64,000 bases of DNA from Eledone cirrhosa (Eukaryota), in the NCBI GenBank assembly GCA_964016885.1, contig OZ024744.1, positions 114,328,001 to 114,392,000 of the forward strand, written 5' to 3'. Below, piece after piece: positions 1 through 15,900 of this stretch (positions are counted from its first letter, which is position 1; each line of letters starts with the position of its first letter). Under the pieces are notes generated by a model. The model made no database searches. It was not told the origin of the DNA and worked only from the letters and a program-made list of their open reading frames with translations. Position numbers and translations under genes: made by a program.

Positions 1-84
1 TGAGATGCTGTGTGGAATAGGACTCGTCCCACCATTGCAAGTAGGGAATAGCGGACGTAAAATAATGATGATGATGATGATGAT
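1..84 (+). mobile_element. 3' tail of an RTE-clade LINE ending in (GAT)n
   Basis: 'ccattgcaagtagggaatagcggacgtaaaataatgatgatgat' matches the 3' ends of the other RTE copies at ~34130-34218, ~43740-43820 and 47145-47210 (minus). Confidence 0.75.
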
Positions 85-104
85 GTGTAATTATATTTAT
101 CTAT

Positions 105-432
105 AGTCATGTATTCAATTTTATCATGTTAACCTGCTCTATTTAATGCATTATTATAGTATCTAGCCTTACTATTAATTATTTCTTTATTTGCTGAGAT
201 ATTTTCTGTTGAACACTATTATTGATTATGGCCTTCTTAACGTTTCTAGGGTGGTTAGAGTGGTGGCTAACATAATTGAAGTTTTCAGCCGAGTCTGTAG
301 AACCCATGGTGATGTCAAAGTTTTCAAGTCGAACTCTCTGGTCCATAATTCTTCGTTGAAATCAATTATCGTCTTCCTGGCCATAAGAATAATATTAACT
401 TCGTCATTCATAAGACCTGTATATTTCATCTT
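105..432 (-). mobile_element. Degenerate Penelope-like retroelement RT fragment
   Basis: Frameshifted minus-strand peptides (NIILMARKTIIDFNEELW; FDITMGSTDSAE; KARYYNNALNRAG) parallel the Penelope-like copy at 35568-37088 (DIIFHARKTLLFTNESIW; FDVAMGSYDSAD; AAPYYNKALNNSG). Confidence 0.65.
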
Positions 433-639
433 TGAAATACGTATAATAAAATAAATAGGGATGGACTAACATATCTGTCTTGTTTATTAATATACTAAAA
501 CTCCAGATAAACATAAACTGTTGAGTGCTTGACATCTGTTATAGAAAAGTCGGCAGATTTTAAATCAACCAACTTTCTCTAATTGAATAAATATATATAT
601 GTACACCACAGATGTATATATACACACACACACACAGTA

Positions 640-974
640 GTAATCGCAGTGATAGGCTAATTTTTGCAATGCAGGCGGGTTCTATAGAAGTGGTTGATAG
701 CTTCTGGTACCTAGATGATCAGATTAGCATGGGAGAGGGGTGTTCTGAGGCCATAGTATTTAGAATAAGGATGGGTTGGAAGAAGTTTAGGGAGCTGCTT
801 CCTCTGTTGACAAAGAAGGGTTTCTCCCTGCGTACGAAAGGACAGTTATATGATGCCTGTGTGAGATCCGTGATGCTGCATGGTAGTGAGACATGGGCAG
901 CAACTGCAGAGGATATGTGACGGCTGGAGAGAAATGAGGCAAGCATGCTCCCTTGGATGTGCAATGTCAATGTG
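640..974 (+). mobile_element. RTE-clade LINE RT C-terminal fragment, cut off by the 24-bp satellite
   Basis: GSIEVVDSFWYLDD...RIRMGWKKFRELLPLLTKKGFSLRTKGQLYDACVRSVMLHGSETWA, in-frame stop, then LERNEASMLPWMCNV; nearly collinear with the copy at 47490-47800 (minus). Confidence 0.85.
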
Positions 975-3900
975 GTGTAGTACAATATAATATATGTGGT
1001 GTAGTACAATATAATGTATGTGGTGTAGTACAATATAATATATGTGGTGTAGTACAATATAATGTATGTGGTGTAGTACAATATAATGTATGTGGTGTAG
1101 TACAATATAAAGTATGTGGTGTAGTACAATATAATATATGTGGTGTAGTACAATATAATATATGTGGTGTAGTACAATATAATGTATGTGGTGTAGTACG
1201 ATATAATATATGTGGTGTAGTACAATATAATGTATGTGGTGTAGTACAATATAATATATGTGGTGTAGTACAATATAATGTATGTGGTGTAGTACAATAT
1301 AATATATGTGGTGTAGTACAATATAATGTATGTGGTGTAGTACAATATAATGTATGTGGTGTAGTACAATATAAAGTATGTGGTGTAGTACAATATAATA
1401 TATGTGGTGTAGTACAATATAATATATGTGGTGTAGTACAATATAATGTATGTGGTGTAGTACGATATAATATATGTGGTGTAGTACAATATAATGTATG
1501 TGGTGTAGTACAATATAATATATGAGGTGTAGTACAATATAATGTATGTGGTGTAGTACAATATAATGTATGTGGTGTAGTACAATATAATATATATGGT
1601 GTAGTACAATATAATATATGTGGTGTAGTACAATATAATGTATGTGGTGTAGTACAATATAATATATGTGGTGTAGTACAATATAATGTATGTGGTGTAG
1701 TACAATATAATGTATGTGGTGTAGTACAATATAAAGTATGTGGTGTAGTACAATATAATATATGTGGTGTAGTACAATATAATATATGTGGTGTAGTACA
1801 ATATAATGTATGTGGTGTAGTACGATATAATATATGTGGTGTAGTACAATATAATGTATGTGGTGTAGTACAATATAATATATGTGGTGTAGTACAATAT
1901 AATGTATGTGGTGTAGTACAATATAATATATGTGGTGTAGTACAATATAATGTATGTGGTGTAGTACAATATAATGTATGTGGTGTAGTACAATATAAAG
2001 TATGTGGTGTAGTACAATATAATATATGTGGTGTAGTACAATATAATATATGTGGTGTAGTACAATATAATGTATGTGGTGTAGTACGATATAATATATG
2101 TGGTGTAGTACAATATAATGTATGTGGTGTAGTACAATATAATATATGAGGTGTAGTACAATATAATGTATGTGGTGTAGTACAATATAATGTATGTGGT
2201 GTAGTACAATATAATATATATGGTGTAGTACAATATAATATATGTGCTGTAGTACAATATAATGTATGTGGTGTAGTACAATATAATATATGTGGTGTAG
2301 TACAATATAATGTATGTGGTGTAGTACAATATAATGTATGTGGTGTAGTACAATATAATGTATGTGGTGTAGTACAATATAATGTATGTGGTGTAGTATA
2401 ATGTATGTGGTGTAGTACAATATAATGTATGTGGTGTAGTACAATATAATATATGTGGTGTAGTACAATATAATGTATGTTGTGTAGTACAATATAATGT
2501 ATGTGGTGTAGTACAACATAATTGATGTGGTGTAGTACAATATAATATATGTGGTGTAGTACAATATAATGTATGTGGTGTAGTACAATATAATGTATGT
2601 GGTGTAGTACAATATAATATATGTGGTGTAGTACAATATAATGTATGTTGTGTAGTACAATATAATGTATGTGGTGTAGTACAACATAATTGATGTGGTG
2701 TAGTACAATATAATATATGTGGTGTAGTACAATATAATGTATGTGGTGTAGTACAATATAATGTATGTGGTGTAGTACAATATAATATATGTGGTGTAGT
2801 ACAATATAATGTATGTTGTGTAGTACAATATAATATATGTGGTGTAGTACAATATAATATATGTGGTGTAGTACAATATAATATATGTGGTGTAGTACAA
2901 TATAATGTATGTGGTGTAGTTCAATATAATGTATGTGGTGTAGTACAATATAATGTATGTGGTGTAGTACAATATAATATATGTGGTGTAGTACAATATA
3001 ATGTATGTGGTGTAGTACGATATAATATATGTGGTGTAGTACAATATAATGAATGTGGTGTAGTACAATATAATATATGAGGTGTAGTACCATATAATGT
3101 ATGTGGTGTAGTACAATATAATGTATGTGGTGTAGTACAATATAATATGTGTGCTGTAGTACAATATAATGTATGTGGTGTAGTACAATATAATGTATGT
3201 GGTGTAGTACAATATAATATATGTGGTGTAGTACAATATAATGTATGTTGTGTAGTACAATATAATATATGTGGTGTAGTACAATATAATGTATGTGGTG
3301 TAGTACAATATAATGTATGTGGTGTAGTACAATATAATATATGTGGTGTAGTACAATATAATGTATGTGGTGTAGTACAATATAATGTATGTGGTGTAGT
3401 ACAATATAATATATGTGGTGTAGTACAATATAATATATGTGGTGTAGTACAATATAATATATGTGGTGTAGTACAATATAATGTATGTGGTGTAGTACAA
3501 TATAATGTATGTGGTGTAGTACAATATAATGTATGTGGTGTAGTACAATATAATGTATGTGGTGTAGTACAATATAATGTATGTGGTGTAGTACAATATA
3601 ATGTATGTGGTGTAGTACAATATAATGTATGTGGTGTAGTACAATATAATGTATGTGGTGTAGTACAATATAATGTATGTGGTGTAGTACAATATAATAT
3701 ATGTGGTGTAGTACAATATAATGTATGTGGTGTAGTACAATATAATATATGTGGTGTAGTACAATATAATATATGTGGTGTAGTACAATATAATGTATGT
3801 AGTGTAGTACACTATAATATATGTGGTGTTGTACAATATAATATATGTGGTGTAGTACAATATAATGTATGTGGTGTAGTACAATATAATATATGTGGTG

Positions 3901-6900
3901 TAGTACATTATAATGTATGTGGTGTAGTACAATATAATATATGTGGTGTAGTACAATATAATATATGTGGTGTAGTACAATATAATGTATGTAGTGTAGT
4001 ACACTATAATATATGTGGTGTAGTACAATATAATATATGTGGTGTAGTACAATATAATGTATGTGGTGTAGTACAATATAATATATGTGGTGTATTACAA
4101 TATAATGTATGTGGTGTAGTACAATATAATGTATGTGGTGTAGTACAATATAATGTATGTGGTGTAGTACAATAAAATATATGTGGTGTAGTACAATATA
4201 ATGTATGTGGTGTAGTACAATATAATATATGTGGTGTAGTACAATATAATATATGTGGTGTAGTACAATATAATATATGTGGTGTAGTACAATATAATGT
4301 ATGTGGTGTAGTACAATATAATATATCTGGTGTAGTACAATATAATGTATGTGGTGTAGTACAATATAATGTATGTGGTGTAGTACAATATAATATATGT
4401 GGTGTAGTACAATATAATGTATGTCGTGTAGTACAATATAATATATGTGGTTTAGTACAATATAATGTATGTGGTGTAGTACAATATAATGTATGTGGTG
4501 TAGTACAATATAATATATGTGGTGTAGTACAATATAATGTATGTGGTGTAGTACAATATAATGTATGTGGTGTAGTACAATATAATATATGTGGTGTAGT
4601 AAAATATAATATATGTGGTGTAGTACAATATAATATATGTGGTGTAGTACAATATAATGTATGTGGTGTAGTATAATGTATGTGGTGTAGGACAATATAA
4701 TATATGTGGTGTAGTACAATATAATGTATGTGGTGTAGTACAATATAATGTATGTGGTGTAGTACAATATAATGTATGTGGTGTAGTACAATATATGTGG
4801 TGTAGTACAATATAATGTATGTGGTGTAGTACAATATAATATATGTGGTGTAGTACAATATAATGTATGTGGTGTAGTACAATATAATGTATGTGGTGTA
4901 GTACAATATAATATATGTGGTGTAGTACAATATAATGTATGTGGTGTAGTACAATATAATGTATGTGGTGTAGTACAATATAATGTATGTGGTGTAGTAC
5001 AATATAATATATGTGGTGTAGTACAATATAATGTATGTGGTGTAGTACAATATAATATATGTGGTGTAGTACAATATAATGTATGTGGTGTAGTACAATA
5101 TAATATATGTGGTGTAGTACAATATAATATATGTGGTGTAGTACAATATAATGTATGTGGTGTATTTCAATATAATGTATGTGGTGTAGTACAATATAAT
5201 GTATGTGGTGTAGTACAATATAATATATGTGGTGTAGTACAATATAATGTATGTGGTGTAGTACGATATAATATATGTGGTGTAGTACAATATAATGTAT
5301 GTGGTGTAGTACAATATAATATATGAGGTGTAGTACAATATAATGTATGTGGTGTAGTACAATAAAATGTATGTGGTGTAGTACAATATAATATATGTGG
5401 TGTAGTACAATATAATATATGTGGTGTAGTACAATATAATGTATGTGGTGTAGTACAATATAATATATGTGGTGTAGTACAATATAATGTATGTGGTGTA
5501 GTACAATATAATGTATGTGGTGTAGTACAATATAATATATGTGGTGTAGTACAATATAATGTATGTTGTGTAGTACAATATAATGTATGTGGTGTAGTAC
5601 AACATAATTGATGTGGTGTAGTACAATATAATATATATTGGTGTAGTACAATATAATGTATGTGGTGTAGTACAATATAATGTATGTGGTGTAGTACAAT
5701 ATAATATATGTGGTGTAGTACAATATATGTGGTGTAGTACAATATAATGTATGTGGTGTAGTACAATATAATATATGTGGTGTAGTACAATATAATATAT
5801 GTGGTGTAGTACAATATAATGTATGTGGTGTAGTACAATATAATATATGTGGTGTAGTACAATATAATGTATGTGGTGTAGTACAATATATGTGGTGTAG
5901 TACAATATAATGTATGTGGTGTAGTACAATATAATATATGTGGTGTAGTACAATATAATGTATGTGGTGTAGTACAATATAATGTATGTGGTGTAGTACA
6001 ATATAATATATGTGGTGTAGTACAATATAATGTATGTGGTGTAGTACAATATAATGTATGTGGTGTAGTACAATATAATGTATGTGGTGTAGTACAATAT
6101 AATATATGTGGTGTAGTACAATATAATGTATGTAGTGTAGTACACTATAATATATGTGGTGTAGTACAATATAATATATGTGGTGTAGTACAATATAATG
6201 TATGTGGTGTAGTACAATATAATATATATGGTGTATTACAATATAATGTATGTGGTGTAGTACAATATAATGTATGTGGTGTAGTACAATATAATGTATG
6301 TGGTGTAGTACAATAAAATATATGTGGTGTAGTACAATATAATGTATGTGGTGTAGTACAATATAATATATGTGGTGTAGTACAATATAATATATGTGGT
6401 GTAGTACAATATAATATATGTGGTGTAGTACAATATAATGTATGTGGTGTAGTACAATATAATATATCTGGTGTAGTACAATATAATGTATGTGGTGTAG
6501 TACAATATAATATATGTGGTGTAGTACAATATAATGCATGTGGTGTAGTACAATATAATATATGTGGTTTAGTACAATATAATGTATGTGGTGTAGTACA
6601 ATATAATGTATGTGGTGTAGTACAATATAATATATGTGGTGTAGTACAATATAATGTATGTGGTGTAGTACAATATAATGTATGTGGTGTAGTACAATAT
6701 AATGTATGTGGTGTAGTACAATATAATGTATGTGGTGTAGTACAATATAATGTATGTGGTGTAGTATAATGTATGTGGTGTAGTACAATATAATATATGT
6801 GGTGTAGTACAATATAATATATGTGGTGTAGTATAATATAATGTATGTGGTGTAGTACAATATAATGTATGTGGTGTAGTACAATATAATATATGTGGTG

Positions 6901-9900
6901 TAGTACAATATAATATATGTGGTGTAGTACAATATAATGTATGTGGTGTAGTACAATATAATATATGTGGTGTAGTACAATATAATGTATGTGGTGTAGT
7001 ACAATATAATGTATGTGGTGTAGTACAATATAATATATGTGGTGTAGTACAATATAATGTATGTGGTGTAGTACAATATAATATATGTGGTGTAGTACAA
7101 TATAATATATGTGGTGTAGTACAATATAATGTATGTGGTGTAGTACAATATAATGTATGTGGTGTAGCATAATGTATGTGGTGTAGTACAATATAATATA
7201 TGTGGTGTAGTACAATATAATGTATGTGGTGTAGTACAATATAATGTATGTGGTATAGTACAATATAATGTATGTGGTGTAGTACAATATAATGTATGTG
7301 GTGTAGTACAATATAATGTATGTGGTGTAGTACAATATAATGGATATGGTGTAGTACAATATAATATATGTGGTGTAGTACAATATAATGTATGTGGTGT
7401 AGTACAATATAATGTATGTGGTGTAGTACAATATAATGTATGTGGTCTAGTATAATGTATGTGGTGTAGTACAATATAATATATGTGGTGTAGTACAATA
7501 TAATGTATGTGGTGTAGTACAATATAATGTATGTGGTGTAGTCCAATATAATATATGTGGTGTAGTAGAGTATAATGTATGTGGTGTAGTACAATATAAT
7601 ATATGTGGTGTAGTAGAGTATAATGTATGTGGTGTAGTACAATATAATGTATGTGGTGTAGTACAATATAATGTATGTGGTGTAGTACAATATAATGTAT
7701 GTGGTGTAGTACAATATAATGTATGTAGTGTAGTACAATATAATGTATGTGGTGTAGTACAATATAATGTATGTGGTGTAGTACAATATAATATATGTGG
7801 TGTAGTACAATATAATGTATGTGGTGTAGTACAATATAATGTATGTGTTGTAGTACAATATAATATATGTGGTGTAGTACAATATAATGTATGTGGTGTA
7901 GTACAATATAATATATGTGGTGTAGTACAATATAATGTATGTGGTGTAGTACAATATAATATATGTGGTGTAGTACAATATAACATAAGTAGTGTAGTAC
8001 AATATAATGTATGTGGTGTAGTACAATATAATGTATGTGGTGTAGTACAATATAATGTATGTGGTGTAGTACAATATAATATATGTGGTGTAGTACAATA
8101 TAATGTATGTGGTGTAGTACAATATAATATATGTGGTGTAGTACAATATAATGTTTGTGGTGTAGTACAATATAATGTATGTGGTGTAGTACAATATAAT
8201 ATATGTCGTGTAGTACAATATAATGTATGTTGTGTAGTACAATATAATATATGTTGTGTAGTACAATATAATGTATGTGGTGTAGTACAATATAATGTAT
8301 GTGGTGTAGTACAATATAATATATGTGGTGTAGTACAATATAATGTATGTGGTGTAGTACAATATAATGTATGTAGTGTAGTACAATATAATATATGTGG
8401 TGTAGTACAATATAATATATGTGGTGTAGTACAATATAATATATGTGGTGTAGTACAATATAATGTATGTGGTGTAGTACAATATAATGTATGTGGTGTA
8501 GTACAATATAATGTATGTGGTGTAGTACAATATAATGTATGTGGTGTAGTACAATATAATGTATGTGGTGTAGTACAATATAATATATGTGGTGTAGTAC
8601 AATATAATGTATGTGGTGTAGTACAATATAATGTATGTGGTGTAGTACAATATAATGTATGTGGTGTAGTACAATATAATGTATGTTGTGTAGTACAATA
8701 TAATGTATGTGGTGTAGTACAATATAACATATGTTGTGTAGTACAATATAATGTATGTGGTGTAGTATAATGTATGTGGTGTAGTACAATATAATATATG
8801 TGGTGTAGTACAATATAATATATGTGGTGTAGTATAATATAATGTATGTGGTGTAGTACAATATAATGTATGTGGTGTAGTACAATATAATATATGTGGT
8901 GTAGTACAATATAATATATGTGGTGTAGTACAATATAATGTATGTGGTGTAGTACAATATAATATACGTGGTGTAGTACAATATAATGTATGTGGTGTAG
9001 TACAATATAATATATGTGGTGTAGTACAATATAATATATGTGGTGTAGTACAATATAATGTATGTGGTGTAGTATAATATATGTGGTGTAGTACAATATA
9101 ATGTATGTGGTGTAGTACAATATAATATATGTGGTGTAGTACAATATAATGTACGTGGTGTAGTACAATATAATATATGTGGTGTAGTACAATATAATGT
9201 ATGTGGTGTAGTACAATATAATGTATGTGGTGTAGTACAATATAATATATGTGGTGTAGTAGAGTATAATGTATGTGGTGTAGTACAATATAATATATGT
9301 GGTGTAGTAGAGTATAATGTATGTGGTGTAGTACAATATAATGTATGTGGTGTAGTACAATATAATGTATGTGGTGTAGTACAATATAATGTATGTGGTG
9401 TAGTACAATATAATATATGTGGTGTAGTACAATATAATGTATGTGGTGTAGTACAATATAATGTATGTGGTGTAGTACAATATAATATATGTGGTGTAGT
9501 AAAATATAATATATGTGGTGTAGTACAATATAATATATGTGGTGTAGTACAATATAATGTATGTGGTGTAGTATAATGTATGTGGTGTAGGACAATATAA
9601 TATATGTGGTGTAGTACAATATAATGTATGTGGTGTAGTACAATATAATGTATGTGGTGTAGTACAATATAATGTATGTGGTGTAGTACAATATATGTGG
9701 TGTAGTACAATATAATGTATGTGGTGTAGTACAATATAATATATGTGGTGTAGTACAATATAATGTATGTGGTGTAGTACAATATAATGTATGTGGTGTA
9801 GTACAATATAATATATGTGGTGTAGTACAATATAATGTATGTGGTGTAGTACAATATAATGTATGTGGTGTAGTACAATATAATGTATGTTGTGTAGTAC

Positions 9901-12900
9901 AATATAATATATGTGGTGTAGTACAATATAATGTATGTGGTGTAGTACAATATAATATATGTGGTGTAGTACAATATAATGTATGTGGTGTAGTACAATA
10001 TAATATATGTGGTGTAGTACAATATAACATATGTGGTGTAGTACAATATAATGTATGTGGTGTAGTACAATATAATGTATGTGGTGTAGTACAATATAAT
10101 GTATGTGGTGTAGTACAATATAATATATGTGGTGTAGTACAATATAATGTATGTGGTGTAGTACAATATAATATATGTGGTGTAGTACAATATAATATAT
10201 GTGGTGTAGTACAATATAATGTATGTGGTGTATTTCAATATAATGTATGTGGTGTAGTACAATATAATGTATGTGGTGTAGCAAAATATAATATATGTGG
10301 TGTAGTACAATATAATGTATGTGGTGTAGTACGATATAATATATGTGGTGTAGTACAATATAATGTATGTGGTGTAGTACAATATAATATATGAGGTGTA
10401 GTACAATATAATGTATGTGGTGTAGTACAATAAAATGTATGTGGTGTAGTACAATATAATATATGTGGTGTAGTACAATATAATATATGTGGTGTAGTAC
10501 AATATAATGTATGTGGTGTAGTACAATATAATATATGTGGTGTAGTACAATATAATGTATGTGGTGTAGTACAATATAATGTATGTGGTGTAGTACAATA
10601 TAATATATGTGGTGTAGTACAATATAATGTATGTTGTGTAGTACAATATAATGTATGTGGTGTAGTACAACATAATTGATGTGGTGTAGTACAATATAAT
10701 ATATATTGGTGTAGTACAAAATAATGTATGTGGTGTAGTACAATATAATGTATGTGGTGTAGTACAATATAATATATGTGGTGTAGTACAATATAATGTA
10801 AGTTATGTAGTACAATATAATATATGTGGTGTAGTACAATATAATATATGTGGTGTAGTACAATATAATATATGTGGTGTAGTACAATATAATGTATGTG
10901 GTGTAGTACAATATAATATATGTGGTGTAGTACAATATAATGTATGTGGTGTAGTACAATATAATATATGTGGTGTAGTACAATATAATATATGTGGTGT
11001 AGTACAATATAATGTATGTAGTGTAGTACACTATAATATATGTGGTGTTGTACAATATAATATATGTGGTGTAGTACAATATAATGTATGTGGTGTAGTA
11101 CAATATAATATATGTGGTGTAGTACATTATAATGTATGTGGTGTAGTACAATATAATATATGTGGTGTAGTACAATATAATATATGTGGTGTAGTACAAT
11201 ATAATGTATGTAGTGTAGTACACTATAATATATGTGGTGTAGTACAATATAATATATGTGGTGTAGTACAATATAATGTATGTGGTGTAGTACAATATAA
11301 TATATATGGTGTATTACAATATAATGTATGTGGTGTAGTACAATATAATGTATGTGGTGTAGTACAATATAATGTATGTGGTGTAGTACAATAAAATATA
11401 TGTGGTGTAGTACAATATAATGTATGTGGTGTAGTACAATATAATATATGTGGTGTAGTACAATATAATATATGTGGTGTAGTACAATATAATATATGTG
11501 GTGTAGTACAATATAATGTATGTGGTGTAGTACAATATAATATATCTGGTGTAGTACAATATAATGTATGTGGTGTAGTACAATATAATATATGTGGTGT
11601 AGTACAATATAATGCATGTGGTGTAGTACAATATAATATATGTGGTTTAGTACAATATAATGTATGTGGTGTAGTACAATATAATGTATGTGGTGTAGTA
11701 CAATATAATATATGTGGTGTAGTACAATATAATGTATGTGGTGTAGTACAATATAATGTATGTGGTGTAGTACAATATAATGTATGTGGTGTAGTACAAT
11801 ATAATGTATGTGGTGTAGTACAATATAATGTATGTGGTGTAGTATAATGTATGTGGTGTAGTACAATATAATATATGTGGTGTAGTACAATATAATATAT
11901 GTGGTGTAGTATAATATAATGTATGTGGTGTAGTACAATATAATGTATGTGGTGTAGTACAATATAATATATGTGGTGTAGTACAATATAATATATGTGG
12001 TGTAGTACAATATAATGTATGTGGTGTAGTACAATATAATATATGTGGTGTAGTACAATATAATGTATGTGGTGTAGTACAATATAATGTATGTGGTGTA
12101 GTACAATATAATATATGTGGTGTAGTACAATATAATGTATGTGGTGTAGTACAATATAATATATGTGGTGTAGTACAATATAATGTATGTGGTGTAGTAC
12201 AATATAATGTATGTGGTGTAGTACAATATAATGTATGTGGTGTAGCATAATGTATGTGGTGTAGTACAATATAATATATGTGGTGTAGTACAATATAATG
12301 TATGTGGTGTAGTACAATATAATGTATGTGGTATAGTACAATATAATGTATGTGGTGTAGTACAATATAATGTATGTGGTGTAGTACAATATAATGTATG
12401 TGGTGTAGTACAATATAATGGATATGGTGTAGTACAATATAATATATGTGGTGTAGTACAATATAATGTATGTGGTGTAGTACAATATAATGTATGTGGT
12501 GTAGTACAATATAATGTATGTGGTCTAGTATAATGTATGTGGTGTAGTACAATATAATATATGTGGTGTAGTACAATATAATGTATGTGGTGTAGTACAA
12601 TATAATGTATGTGGTGTAGTCCAATATAATATATGTGGTGTAGTAGAGTATAATGTATGTGGTGTAGTACAATATAATATATGTGGTGTAGTAGAGTATA
12701 ATGTATGTGGTGTAGTACAATATAATGTATGTGGTGTAGTACAATATAATGTATGTGGTGTAGTACAATATAATGTATGTGGTGTAGTACAATATAATGT
12801 ATGTAGTGTAGTACAATATAATGTATGTGGTGTAGTACAATATAATGTATGTGGTGTAGTACAATATAATATATGTGGTGTAGTACAATATAATGTATGT

Positions 12901-15900
12901 GGTGTAGTACAATATAATGTATGTGTTGTAGTACAATATAATATATGTGGTGTAGTACAATATAATGTATGTGGTGTAGTACAATATAATATATGTGGTG
13001 TAGTACAATATAATGTATGTGGTGTAGTACAATATAATATATGTGGTGTAGTACAATATAACATAAGTAGTGTAGTACAATATAATGTATGTGGTGTAGT
13101 ACAATATAATGTATGTGGTGTAGTACAATATAATGTATGTGGTGTAGTACAATATAATATATGTGGTGTAGTACAATATAATGTATGTGGTGTAGTACAA
13201 TATAATATATGTGGTGTAGTACAATATAATGTTTGTGGTGTAGTACAATATAATGTATGTGGTGTAGTACAATATAATATATGTCGTGTAGTACAATATA
13301 ATGTATGTTGTGTAGTACAATATAATATATGTTGTGTAGTACAATATAATGTATGTGGTGTAGTACAATATAATGTATGTGGTGTAGTACAATATAATAT
13401 ATGTGGTGTAGTACAATATAATGTATGTGGTGTAGTACAATATAATGTATGTAGTGTAGTACAATATAATTTATGTGGTGTAGTACAATATAATATATGT
13501 GGTGTAGTACAATATAATATATGTGGTGTAGTACAATATAATGTATGTGGTGTAGTACAATATAATGTATGTGGTGTAGTACAATATAATGTATGTGGTG
13601 TAGTACAATATAATGTATGTGGTGTAGTACAATATAATGTATGTGGTGTAGTACAATATAATATATGTGGTGTAGTACAATATAATGTATGTGGTGTAGT
13701 ACAATATAATGTATGTGGTGTAGTACAATATAATGTATGTGGTGTAGTACAATATAATGTATGTTGTGTAGTACAATATAATGTATGTGGTGTAGTACAA
13801 TATAACATATGTTGTGTAGTACAATATAATGTATGTGGTGTAGTATAATGTATGTGGTGTAGTACAATATAATATATGTGGTGTAGTACAATATAATATA
13901 TGTGGTGTAGTATAATATAATGTATGTGGTGTAGTACAATATAATGTATGTGGTGTAGTACAATATAATATATGTGGTGTAGTACAATATAATATATGTG
14001 GTGTAGTACAATATAATGTATGTGGTGTAGTACAATATAATATACGTGGTGTAGTACAATATAATGTATGTGGTGTAGTACAATATAATATATGTGGTGT
14101 AGTACAATATAATATATGTGGTGTAGTACAATATAATGTATGTGGTGTAGTATAATATATGTGGTGTAGTACAATATAATGTATGTGGTGTAGTACAATA
14201 TAATATATGTGGTGTAGTACAATATAATGTACGTGGTGTAGTACAATATAATATATGTGGTGTAGTACAATATAATGTATGTGGTGTAGTACAATATAAT
14301 GTATGTGGTGTAGTACAATATAATATATGTGGTGTAGTAGAGTATAATGTATGTGGTGTAGTACAATATAATATATGTGGTGTAGTAGAGTATAATGTAT
14401 GTGGTGTAGTACAATATAATGTATGTGGTGTAGTACAATATAATGTATGTGGTGTAGTACAATATAATGTATGTGGTGTAGTACAATATAATGTATGTAG
14501 TGTAGTACAATATAATGTATGTGGTGTAGTACAATATAATGTATGTGGTGTAGTACAATATAATATATGTGGTGTAGTACAATATAATGTATGTGGTGTA
14601 GTACAATATAATGTATGTGGTGTAGTACAATATAATATATGTGGTGTAGTACAATATAATGTATGTGGTGTAGTACAATATAATGTATGTGGTGTAGTAC
14701 AATATAATGTATGTGGTGTAGTACAATATAATGTATGTGGTGTAGTACAATATAATATATGTGGTGTAGTACAATATAATGTATGTGGTGTAGTACAATA
14801 TAATGTATGTGGTGTAGTACAATATAATGTATGTGGTGTAGTACAATATAATGTATGTTGTGTAGTACAATATAATGTATGTGGTGTAGTATAATGTATG
14901 TGGTGTAGTACAATATAATATATGTGGTGTAGTACAATATAATATATGTGGTGTAGTATAATATAATGTATGTGGTGTAGTACAATATAATGTATGTGGT
15001 GTAGTACAATATAATATATGTGGTGTAGTACAATATAATATATGTGGTGTAGTACAATATAATGTATGTGGTGTAGTACAATATAATATATGTGGTGTAG
15101 TACAATATAATGTATGTGGTGTAGTACAATATAATGTATGTGGTGTAGTACAATATAATATATGTGGTGTAGTACAATATAATGTATGTGGTGTAGTACA
15201 ATATAATATATGTGGTGTAGTACAATATAATGTATGTGGTGTAGTACAATATAATGTATGTGGTGTAGTACAATATAATGTATGTGGTGTAGCATAATGT
15301 ATGTGGTGTAGTACAATATAATATATGTGGTGTAGTACAATATAATATATGTGGTGTAGTACAATATAATGTATGTGGTGTAGTACAATATAATGTATGT
15401 GGTATAGTACAATATAATGTATGTGGTGTAGTACAATATAATGTATGTGGTGTAGTACAATATAATGTATGTGGTGTAGTACAATATAATGGATATGGTG
15501 TAGTACAGTATAATATATGTGGTGTAGTACAATATAATGTATGTGGTGTAGTACAATATAATGTATGTGGTGTAGTACAATATAATGTATGTGGTGTAGT
15601 ATAATGTATGTGGTGTAGTACAATATAATATATGTGGTGTAGTACAATATAATATATGTGGTGTAGTATAATATAATGTATGTGGTGTAGTACAATATAA
15701 TGTATGTGGTGTAGTACAATATAATATATGTGGTGTAGTACAATATAATATATGTGGTGTAGTACAATATAATGTATGTGGTGTAGTACAATATAATATA
15801 TGTGGTGTAGTACAATATAATGTATGTGGTGTAGTACAATATAATGTATGTGGTGTAGTACAATATAATATATGTGGTGTAGTACAATATAATGTATGTG

